A stretch of 32,000 bases of DNA from an uncultured archaeon (GTDB lineage: Archaea > Asgardarchaeota > Jordiarchaeia > Jordiarchaeales > Jordiarchaeaceae): assembly GCA_964510585.1 (NCBI GenBank), contig CAZECW010000075.1:2696-34695 (forward strand). Reading direction: 5' to 3'. The first letter of the stretch is position 1. Every line of letters begins with the position of its first letter. Shown piece by piece: positions 9,887-17,751 of the stretch. The position numbers and the translations under genes were made by a program. The notes under the pieces were generated by a model. The model saw nothing but the letters and a program-made list of their open reading frames with translations. It had not been told where the DNA came from and made no database searches.

Positions 9887-11056
9887 TTGAAGAGTGAGAT
9901 TGTGAGAATTGAATTAACTCCTCTGTATGTGCCCTTCAGGCCTGAAGTAAGGAAGGCTATGGAGTCGGGTGAAGGCCAATTGGGAATGGCGATTGGTGCA
10001 GAGGAACCCTGGCTTGGCGGCGATTTTGTCATCTGTAAACTCATATGTGATGATGGTACCACTGGTTTGGGTGAGTCATTTGTGTGGTTGCCTGAAACGG
10101 GCATTTCTCCTGAACAGATTATTTCGACGATTAAGGGAACTTTAGCGAAGTACATTCTGGGTGAGAGCCCCTTCAATGTGGAGCGCATCCAGCAGAGATT
10201 TGATGCAAACATTACTAGAAACGAGGTGGCGAAGGGTCTCTTGGATAAGGCTTGTTATGATTTGATGGGAAAAATTACGGGGCGTCCCGCGTGCCACTTT
10301 ATGGGGGGCCAAACGGTAAACGAAATTCCACTGGCGGCTCTCATACCTTTAACTGATACTGAAACCATGGTGGAACTTGCCAAACTGTTTCACAAGGTGG
10401 GATATCGTGCTTTTCGGCTTAAACTGGGCAAGGGGGTTAAGGAGGATAGGGAAATTGTGGAGAGCTTCCGCGATGCTTTAGGCTCTGATGTGGCTCTGCG
10501 GGTGGACTATAATCAAGCCTATGAGCCACCTGAGGCTGTGCGGGCCATTAGGGCTATTGAGCCCTTTGGTATTGATTTCGCCGAGCAACCAGTTAATGCT
10601 AATGACTATTTGGGTATGGCCTATGTTCAAAAGCGGGTGGATACACCCCTTATGGCTCATGAGGGATGCTTCTCCGTGAGGGACTTTGTTACTTTGGTTG
10701 AACTTGGTGCGGTGGGGGTTCTGGGTTTGAACTCGGAACGCCCAGGAGGGGTTACTAATGCCCTTAAGGTGTTAAATTATGCTGAGTTGCGGGGTATCGG
10801 TGCAGTTTTGCATAATCAGCCTTTGGGGATTGCGTCTGCTATGCATATTCATTTGGCTGCGGCCCGGCCCCATAATTTTTGGTATGAGACTGAGCTCTTC
10901 GGCTACGTGATGTTTGAAGATGACCTCATTAAGGACCCCATAGATTACAGTGACGGTAAGGCCAAGCTGCCACAAGGACCGGGATGGGGAGTTGAACTGG
11001 ACGAGGAAGCTCTAGCAAAATATGCCACGGGGCCCACTACTGTTATAAAGAAGTAG
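9887..11056 (+). CDS. Enolase superfamily enzyme (muconate lactonizing enzyme/mandelate racemase-like) with atypical active site
   Basis: G.TGLGE, D.ACYDL.GK, RLK, RVDYNQ, EQP, AHE, PGG, P.GPGWG. Confidence 0.88.
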   Translation: MKSEIVRIELTPLYVPFRPEVRKAMESGEGQLGMAIGAEEPWLGGDFVICKLICDDGTTGLGESFVWLPETGISPEQIISTIKGTLAKYILGESPFNVERIQQRFDANITRNEVAKGLLDKACYDLMGKITGRPACHFMGGQTVNEIPLAALIPLTDTETMVELAKLFHKVGYRAFRLKLGKGVKEDREIVESFRDALGSDVALRVDYNQAYEPPEAVRAIRAIEPFGIDFAEQPVNANDYLGMAYVQKRVDTPLMAHEGCFSVRDFVTLVELGAVGVLGLNSERPGGVTNALKVLNYAELRGIGAVLHNQPLGIASAMHIHLAAARPHNFWYETELFGYVMFEDDLIKDPIDYSDGKAKLPQGPGWGVELDEEALAKYATGPTTVIKK

Positions 11057-11095
11057 AGAGCATTCTTGAAATATCGATTACGGAGTGTGAATACA

Positions 11096-12766
11096 ATGGA
11101 GATTAGCCTCTTTTATAATTGCACCATTCTAACTATGGACTCTAACGACTCTGAAGCCAGTGCTATGGCTATTTTTCGGGACAAAATCTTAGCCGTGGGT
11201 TCAGAAAAGGAGGTTAGAAACAGCATAGCCCAGTTTAGAGAGAAGAATCGGTTAGAAGGTGGTGAAACGGTTTCTTTACGGGAAATCAACTTGAATGGTG
11301 CTTGTATTGTTCCCGGCTTTATTGATGCCCACATGCATCCGGGAATATACATTTTTTATAAAACACAGAAGAGTCTTTCAGGGGTTAAAGGGTATAAGGA
11401 TTTGGAAAGAGTCCTTGGAGAGGAAGCGAGGAAATGCGGTGAGGGGCAGTGGGTTGTGGGTTTTGACTTGATGGAAGACATATTCGAAAAACCTGAGGAA
11501 CGCCGGTTCCCCAACAGGTACGATTTAGACAAAATATGTTCCGAGCATCCGGTGTTAGTTTTGCGGCACGATGGACATATTTGTGCTGTAAATTCCCTAG
11601 CCTTAAAAATAATGGGAATTGATAAATCCAATGTTGCGGAGAAAACTGTGGAGGCTGGGGAAATTAGAGTGGATGAGAATGGGGAACCCACAGGAGTGTT
11701 TACCGAGGCAGCCACAGCCATTCCTCTGGGGTTTATGCCCCTGCCTGATTTACAGCGTTTCCTAGATGCGGGCAGAATATTTTCCCAAGAGCTGGCATCC
11801 TATGGAATCACCACCTGTGGCGGAGTGGTACAATTAGGGGAAGAGGGACCTGCAGGAAAGGCTGGAACCTTTGAGATACCGCTAATTCAAGGACTAATAA
11901 AGGAGGGGTTAATAGAGCAGGATTTCGTGTTTTACGTTATAACCACCCTGCCTAGTGAGTTAAAGAATGTTGAGAAATCCTTCCAAGAATTGGGTTTAGG
12001 GGAGGGAAGGTTCCAGGTGGGGGGAATCAAAAGATTTGCAGACGGTACATTCGGAGCCTTCACCGCTGCCATGTTTGAGCCGTTTTCAGATTCGCCGCGA
12101 AAGAGTAAGGGCTTCTTTATGACTGATGAGGAGTCTCTCTTCGAAATCATAAAGGAAACTTACAAGATGGGATACCAAATCCTTGTACATGCCATAGGGG
12201 ACAGAGCCAACCGGTGGGTTGTTGACCTCTACAAGCGGGTAGTAAAAACCGTTAAATCGAAGGAAGGGGGCCGACTCCGAATTGAGCACGCATCAGTGCT
12301 TACGCCGGACGTTATCAGAGACGCCGCAGATTTGGGAATAGTTTTGGTCTGTCAGCCAATGTTCATAGATAGCGAGTATACATGGCTTGAGAAACGCTTA
12401 GGCCCCGAGAGGATAAAAAATGTTTATCCATTCCGTTCAATAATTGATGCCGGTATATTTCTAGCAGGGGCTTCAGACGCTCCGGTGGAATCCGCCAGAG
12501 TATTGAAAGCCTTGCAGGTGTGCGTTACCCGAAACGGCTTTGTACCCGAACAGGCTATAACCATAACTGAAGCAATTAAAATGTTTACGTTGAATGCGGC
12601 GTATGCCCTGGGACAGGAGAAAATTAAGGGAAGCCTCGAAGAGGGAAAACTGGCCGACTTTGTAATTCTGGAAAGAAATCCTAAAAGCGTTCCCCCAAAC
12701 CGGATTGCAGACATTAGAATACTGGCAACATATCATCGGGGACGGCTAATTTATTCTCCGCATTGA
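11096..12766 (+). CDS. Amidohydrolase_3 (YtcJ-like) hydrolase
   Basis: PGFIDAHMH, RHDGH, K.FADG, HAIGDRA, RIEHAS, ASDAP, GKLADFV. ATG 11096 after a GGAGTG SD is preferred over TTG 11066. Confidence 0.9.
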   Translation: MEISLFYNCTILTMDSNDSEASAMAIFRDKILAVGSEKEVRNSIAQFREKNRLEGGETVSLREINLNGACIVPGFIDAHMHPGIYIFYKTQKSLSGVKGYKDLERVLGEEARKCGEGQWVVGFDLMEDIFEKPEERRFPNRYDLDKICSEHPVLVLRHDGHICAVNSLALKIMGIDKSNVAEKTVEAGEIRVDENGEPTGVFTEAATAIPLGFMPLPDLQRFLDAGRIFSQELASYGITTCGGVVQLGEEGPAGKAGTFEIPLIQGLIKEGLIEQDFVFYVITTLPSELKNVEKSFQELGLGEGRFQVGGIKRFADGTFGAFTAAMFEPFSDSPRKSKGFFMTDEESLFEIIKETYKMGYQILVHAIGDRANRWVVDLYKRVVKTVKSKEGGRLRIEHASVLTPDVIRDAADLGIVLVCQPMFIDSEYTWLEKRLGPERIKNVYPFRSIIDAGIFLAGASDAPVESARVLKALQVCVTRNGFVPEQAITITEAIKMFTLNAAYALGQEKIKGSLEEGKLADFVILERNPKSVPPNRIADIRILATYHRGRLIYSPH

Positions 12767-12771
12767 GGACG

Positions 12772-13284
12772 CTAAAAATTGTTTTTGTGGGTGTTTTCCT
12801 CTTTATCTTCTTTTATTGTCAGTAGGTTTTCTGAGCCGTCTAGAATTGTTTTGTAGTCTTCGATGAAGCCTCTTCCAATGGTGAGTAATTTATTGTCCTT
12901 GAATGTTGTCACTACTGTTAGGAGAGTTAGAGGCCCCATTTCAACTTTCGCGTAGGAGGATAGTAGTTTTTTCTTTTCCCCCGACACGGTAACTCCCCGT
13001 TGTGAGAAGATGTCTGGAAGCTGACAGTTTTCCAATTTTAGCTCTGTATAAGTTTTCCAGGGTATTAGTATCATTCCGTCGAATCCCGTGTCAAGGAGTG
13101 CAACTATTTCGGTTTTCTCTCCGCTAACAAAGTTTGATATTTTAATCTTGACTGCTGGAGATAAATAGTTGAATCTTTCATCAATGTATGGTTGCTTGTA
13201 TACTACTCTATTTGTAGGCTTGTTCCCCCCAAGTAGATTTCTTTGGGTTGTTTGAGGAATTTTTCCGTAATCCTTATAATTATT
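12772..13284 (-). CDS. Retropepsin-like (clan AA) aspartic protease reading frame; start unresolved
   Basis: The frame of ORF 12772..13074 stays open to a TAG at 13285-13287. It encodes ...PAVKIKI...ALLDTGFDG (DTG at 13084-13092) and a C-terminal IGRGFI...LDG. No ATG/GTG/TTG precedes the DTG. Confidence 0.8.
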   Translation of the reverse strand, partial: NNYKDYGKIPQTTQRNLLGGNKPTNRVVYKQPYIDERFNYLSPAVKIKISNFVSGEKTEIVALLDTGFDGMILIPWKTYTELKLENCQLPDIFSQRGVTVSGEKKKLLSSYAKVEMGPLTLLTVVTTFKDNKLLTIGRGFIEDYKTILDGSENLLTIKEDKEENTHKNNF

Positions 13285-13607
13285 CTATGTTTGACGTCTC
13301 TCGACAGTTTGAGCTCCTCGGCAGAGTCAGCAACTATCGTATTTCCATTCTCAAAGGCCACCCATTTCCCCACGTAGTTTCGGAAAAGCTCATCTTTCAT
13401 CTTTTCAAACGCTAGATTGTTTTTCTCTAACTCTCTGCGATACTCTTCCGCCCCAACCCAGTCATCCAAAGTTCTGTCAACAGCCCTAGAGATATTCCCA
13501 TTACTAGTAGTGGTATTTACAGTTCCCTTAGCTCCTGTCGACTCAGCCTCACCCTTCTTGGTTCCCCAAAAAATGGAAGAGTCTTTAACCCTCGAATGTT
13601 CTATCAA
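13203..13607 (-). CDS. DUF5678-like small protein with low-complexity N-terminal extension
   Basis: C-terminal half ELFRNYVGKWVAFENG..IVADSAEEL resembles the DUF5678 Y.GKWVA...G pattern; TTG start 1 nt after the upstream stop, with GGAGG SD. Confidence 0.65.
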   Translation of the reverse strand: MIEHSRVKDSSIFWGTKKGEAESTGAKGTVNTTTSNGNISRAVDRTLDDWVGAEEYRRELEKNNLAFEKMKDELFRNYVGKWVAFENGNTIVADSAEELKLSRDVKHRIIIRITEKFLKQPKEIYLGGTSLQIE

Positions 13608-13608
13608 T

Positions 13609-13851
13609 TTACTCTTCCTCCTTAGGAGAACTAACAGAGATGACTGTTTGCGACCTCACTAAATAATCTGGCTCACCTGTTAGAGGATCTAAATCATCCA
13701 ACTCGTATACCTTTAAAACAACGGGTTTAACCCGCAAAACTTTTCCATTTTCCAGCCGGAAATCACTCCACTCTTCACGCACAACACGGAATCCCACTTC
13801 GACGCCATTCACTTCTCTCCCGTCCGGAAGCTTTAAACTCATAAACCACAT
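13609..13851 (-). CDS. Small conserved-looking beta-rich hypothetical protein (ATG 13842 is an alternative start)
   Basis: Protein-like EEWSDFRLENG..LRVKPVV..V...DP.TGEPDYLV; tightly coupled to the downstream gene. Confidence 0.7.
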   Translation of the reverse strand: MWFMSLKLPDGREVNGVEVGFRVVREEWSDFRLENGKVLRVKPVVLKVYELDDLDPLTGEPDYLVRSQTVISVSSPKEEE

Positions 13852-14094
13852 CCGTCCAAACCTACACAGTCAACTTCAGACTATCTCAACCCCGAATCGT
13901 ATTTAACTCTTCTCATCTACAATTTCATTTCGCAGAACCCTAAAAAGCGTCCCATCGAATCAAATTGCAGACAATAAAAAATACTGGCAAACTATCATCA
14001 AGATCGACTGATTTATTTCCGAATTGAAAAGTTTTCTGATTAAACCGCTACCCTCTTTTTGAAACACACTTCTTGAACATTTCTTCTTCTGGTT

Positions 14095-14310
14095 TTAATG
14101 GGTGAGGATGGCTTTACATTCTTCGCCTAAGCCTTGGAGGAGATCCCAGGAGTCGTTTTTGGTTCCCTTCGTCTGCATTGTTCTCACGTCTTGGCAAATG
14201 GGCATGATCATTCGTTTAAGGATGTGTTGAGGTGTGGGTTCGTATGGTCTGAGGGAGTGCTCTATGAGTATTTTGAAGTGGCCTAATGTTCTTTTCACAA
14301 TTCTGTTCAA
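14095..14310 (-). CDS. Small hypothetical protein coupled to the upstream RHH gene
   Basis: TTGA start/stop overlap with 14307..14864. Confidence 0.55.
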   Translation of the reverse strand: MNRIVKRTLGHFKILIEHSLRPYEPTPQHILKRMIMPICQDVRTMQTKGTKNDSWDLLQGLGEECKAILTH

Positions 14311-14864
14311 TATAATACCTCCACATGTCCCTCTCTCACAATAACACTGAACCTGTCCCTAGCTAGCTTGATTTTTATACCTAGCTGCTTTAGTAATTTT
14401 TCGGCTATGGAAATCTTTTGTTTCCTGTTCAGAACAGCTTCCAGAAGGAAGCAGCCCCCACCACCCGTATATAAAGAAGCGGTTTCGAGTTCCGCCATAA
14501 AAGTGGGATTCAGAAACACATCCGTCATTTCTCCACATTTTGACCTTGCTAATTCTGCGGGAAGTTTTAACTCCACCTCCTCCTCACCATGCAGATAACT
14601 GTACACAACGTTGCTCGGTTTAAGGACATCTATGAGAATTTCCATCAACTCTGGAACCAGTTTTTCTGGAACTTCGAAACTCATGCCACTTGATGTGGTG
14701 CCCACATACATTTCGGGGTCAGGGCTAAGCCAGTTGAAGAGAGCATTGGTAACTGAACGACTGAGACTCCCTTTCCTTGCCCCGTACAAGACACCTGCCT
14801 TAGACCTCACTTTCTCCTCAAGATCGTCGGGAAGAGCCACTTTGATATACTTCATAAAAATCAT
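14307..14864 (-). CDS. Ribbon-helix-helix (CopG-like) N-terminal domain fused to an unknown ~135-aa domain
   Basis: KYIKVALPDDLEEKVR...YGARKGSLSRSV..AL..WL matches the archaeal RHH pattern. Confidence 0.75.
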   Translation of the reverse strand: MIFMKYIKVALPDDLEEKVRSKAGVLYGARKGSLSRSVTNALFNWLSPDPEMYVGTTSSGMSFEVPEKLVPELMEILIDVLKPSNVVYSYLHGEEEVELKLPAELARSKCGEMTDVFLNPTFMAELETASLYTGGGGCFLLEAVLNRKQKISIAEKLLKQLGIKIKLARDRFSVIVREGHVEVLY

Positions 14865-14884
14865 CCGGTAAATTTCTCAAATAG

Positions 14885-14918
14885 GACATATGACCATATT
14901 CCCATAAATACCTTTTGG
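14885..14918 (-). promoter_or_regulatory. BRE/TATA with overlapping TATG x3 repeats (candidate RHH operator)
   Basis: Minus strand reads AAAAGG-TATTTATG-GGAATATG-GTCATATG; CATA at 14887, 14895 and 14903 on the plus strand. Confidence 0.45.
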
Positions 14919-15161
14919 ACAAATAAACCGTTTCCAATGTAGGGTTATCTTCGAAAGATTATCCTATTGACCCCCACACCTCTACCCTGGAAAGAATCGA
15001 GAAAAGTGAAATAAACCAAAAGATGAGGGTGCAGAAAAGGCTTCTCGAATGAGCTAATAATTAGTCAATTTGAAAGCTGACTCACCCCCTTTTCAGATGC
15101 ATGAAAATCTAAAGTTGTGTATTTATTATGATGATGCTAAAATAGAAAAGGCAAAAATACT

Positions 15162-15602
15162 ATGAAAGCCTATATGGTAGAAAAAATGAAGGAAAGGAAG
15201 GAAAATTACCTTCGCAAAATTCAATTTGCTCAAGATAACATTAAATCCGTTAAAATGTGGCTGACAGGAATAACGCTTGAAAAGTTTTTGGACGATAAGA
15301 AGACACGCTATGCCGTGTTTAAGGCCTTTCAGGAAGTGGTAGAAACCTGTATGGATTTGGCGGCTATGCTGGTTAAAGATCGTGGAATTCCACCCAAAGA
15401 TGATTATACCAATCTGGAGAAGTTAAGAGAAGAAAAGGTAATATCTGGCGAGATGGAGGATATTTTAGCGGAGGCTAATGGTCTACATAAATGGATAATC
15501 CACAGATACAATAAGCTGGATGAAGCAGAAGCCTACAAAGCGATGCTTAGACTCATAACTCCCCTAGAGGGATTCATAGGAGTTGTAAAAAAGTGGATTT
15601 AG
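15162..15602 (+). CDS. HEPN (DUF86/HepT-like) toxin-family protein with degenerate RNase motif
   Basis: A..KAFQE.VE...DL, PKDDYTN, ANGLHKWIIHRYN; overlaps the MNT gene. Confidence 0.85.
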   Translation: MKAYMVEKMKERKENYLRKIQFAQDNIKSVKMWLTGITLEKFLDDKKTRYAVFKAFQEVVETCMDLAAMLVKDRGIPPKDDYTNLEKLREEKVISGEMEDILAEANGLHKWIIHRYNKLDEAEAYKAMLRLITPLEGFIGVVKKWI

Positions 15603-15976
15603 TGGAGAAAATTAAGAGGGATTTCGGATTTCTGACCGATCGCCGTGATGTTCTAGCTGTGCTTCTTTACGGCTCTCAGGCTTCAGGTGAGTCCACTCCG
15701 AGGAGCGATGTTGATATCTGCATTGTAGCCCCGAAAGCAGACCGTGACGAGCTTTTTAGAACAATTTTGAGGCACGTTAGAGAACCTTATGATGTCAAGA
15801 TATTTGAATCTCTACCAATGTACTTGAAAATTCAGGTGATCAAAAACCACATCGTAGTCTATGCAAGAGAGATCCTAGACCTGTACGAATACTTCTACAC
15901 CTACAGGAAACTCTGGAAGGATCAAGAGAGGCGGAATACACTAACAAAAGAAGATATAGAAACCCTCCTCAAATGA
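15593..15976 (+). CDS. Minimal nucleotidyltransferase (MNT/MntA-like antitoxin)
   Basis: LYGSQASGESTPRSDVDICIV (GS-x10-DxD), YDV..F..LP. Confidence 0.9.
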   Translation: MDLVEKIKRDFGFLTDRRDVLAVLLYGSQASGESTPRSDVDICIVAPKADRDELFRTILRHVREPYDVKIFESLPMYLKIQVIKNHIVVYAREILDLYEYFYTYRKLWKDQERRNTLTKEDIETLLK

Positions 15977-16218
15977 AAGTAAACCATTTAACCCACTTTC
16001 CGCACCCATTGGTTTATTCTTTTCTATTTTTGCGAAATTTGTAAGTCTATACGAAGAATGCTGAACTTCAAACAATTTTTGGAAATCTCCAAATGCCCCC
16101 AAGAAAAGGACCAGAAACTGGTAAAAACAAAAAAATAACAAAAAATTCACAAAGGATGCGGAATGTGGGATAACTGAACAAGAAGTTTATTTATTGTTGA
16201 GAGGCTAAATATTTTTTT

Positions 16219-16440
16219 ATGAGTATTTTTGTTCTGGATTCTGATGGGTTAATTAAGCTAGTCAAATCTTCTATTATAGAGCAATTGCTCAAGCGATTTT
16301 CTTGTTTCATATCCAGCGAAGTTTACGAGGAGGTTGTGATCAGAGGCAAGGAAAAGTTGTATGAGGATGCCTTCATAATTGAAAAACACGTTAGAGCCGA
16401 TATTTTAAAGGTTATGAAGACTAAGGAGAATCAGCACTAA
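16219..16440 (+). pseudogene. Truncated PIN-domain (VapC/DUF3368-like) nuclease
   Basis: VLDSDGLIKL...ISSEVYEEVV matches a PIN N-half; stops at 73 aa, before the LG.GE...A..LA and final Asp motifs. Confidence 0.7.
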
Positions 16441-17063
16441 TCCAACCCTCATCTTATACGAAACCGTATCCACCACCATTTGTGCCCTCTGACAAACATC
16501 ATGCCAATATCTTTTTCCACTGGAATCTTAATATACTTTATTTTCGTGGCAAACCACATCCCCGCAATTCTTATAATTAATACATAGAGAATTGGGATTA
16601 AACTTGATAATAATCCCCCGATTTTTTTCATTTTAGTGATTGTAGGTAAGTTTATTATAGCCATCTTACTGAAAGAAATCTTTCAGGCTTATTATATGGC
16701 TGATCCCAGTTTAAAAATAATTTTTCCTAAAATATATTATTGGCTTGGAAGGAAAATCTATGGTTACAGAGGTAGACAACTTTACAATCCAAATACCTAT
16801 GGACTGAAACCCAATGATGTCTGGTTCGTTAGTAAATTGTTTGATAACACGAATAGAGAAATTGCAGGAGAAACACATCCATTAATAGGAAGAAGTTACG
16901 GAGGTAAAAAATTTAGAGGGTGAAAAGGAACCCTGCCCTTATTCACCCTCATTTTCAATAAGTAGGGCTATTATAGATGTAGAGAGAAACACGCGGGTCT
17001 TTATTTTATCTCATACTAAAAAGTGCTCAGCAGTAATACCCCATTAATCGTTCTAGTGTGGCG

Positions 17064-17564
17064 CTAAGTGTATGACGCTACAGCGTAAGGTTGAAGAAAA
17101 GTAACGTGTGTAATCCACGCTTCGACCGTGTAAGAATTAAAGTATTGATGCCTGTCTACATTAGTCCACACCCTATTTGGGGTTCCAGAGACTAAATCTG
17201 CACCGCTTGGTACGGCGTCAACGAGAGTTATCTTGTAGGGTTCTAGTTGACCATCACTCTCTACCGCAGTATACACATACCAACCGTAGCGTGGAATCCA
17301 AGACCCCCATGACCAAGTGTACCAAACCCATTTCAGATACCAGTAATTAGGTGTTACGATTCCCTTACGTCACTTAGTCGCGTATGCGTGTAGGCTATAG
17401 GAGTACTCTCCAGAAACATATTTATAGGCATCTAGTGCATTTAAGTAACCGTGCCCGTGGTTGTGTTCCCATCCAGTGTCTCCGATATCGTGTAGTGCGG
17501 CTGCACGAATAATAGCCGCTCGAACTAATACACCTCTATACTGTCGCAGTTGTATAATCTGAAG
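17064..17564 (-). pseudogene. C-terminal remnant of an S8 (subtilase-like) extracellular protease
   Basis: VRAAIIRAA..DIGDTGWEHNHGHGYLNALDAYKY resembles the subtilase C-terminal DLG.pG.D..yG.G.vnA motif. In-frame TGA at 17370-17372, then a Trp/Tyr-rich beta domain. Catalytic core absent. Confidence 0.65.
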
Positions 17565-17681
17565 TCATATCTTAGTAGCATGGATATGAAAGCTATTGGC
17601 TTAGGTTCAGGTATATTGATAATGGGTATTGCACTTGCTTCAATATACTATATTAGAAAAAGAAGTGTCTTCAAGCATTAA
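17529..17681 (+). pseudogene. C-terminal membrane-anchor remnant of a surface protein (or a tiny 33-aa ORF from ATG 17580)
   Basis: ...SYLSSMDMKAIGLGSGILIMGIALASIYYIRKRSVFKH*: TM helix plus basic tail. Confidence 0.45.
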
Positions 17682-17751
17682 AAAAGTAAGCCCGAATGAT
17701 TCTTTTCCAATTTTTTTCTTGCCAATTCACTTTGTAAATAAAATTGAATGG

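Noticed and set aside
16449..16923. Overlapping ORFs 16449..16664 (-) and 16636..16923 (+)
   Set aside because: Cannot tell which strand, if either, is coding; no family motif.
17370..17372. In-frame TGA as possible selenocysteine
   Set aside because: It lies in an N-terminally truncated extracellular fragment with no redox motif or recognisable SECIS; a nonsense mutation is simpler.
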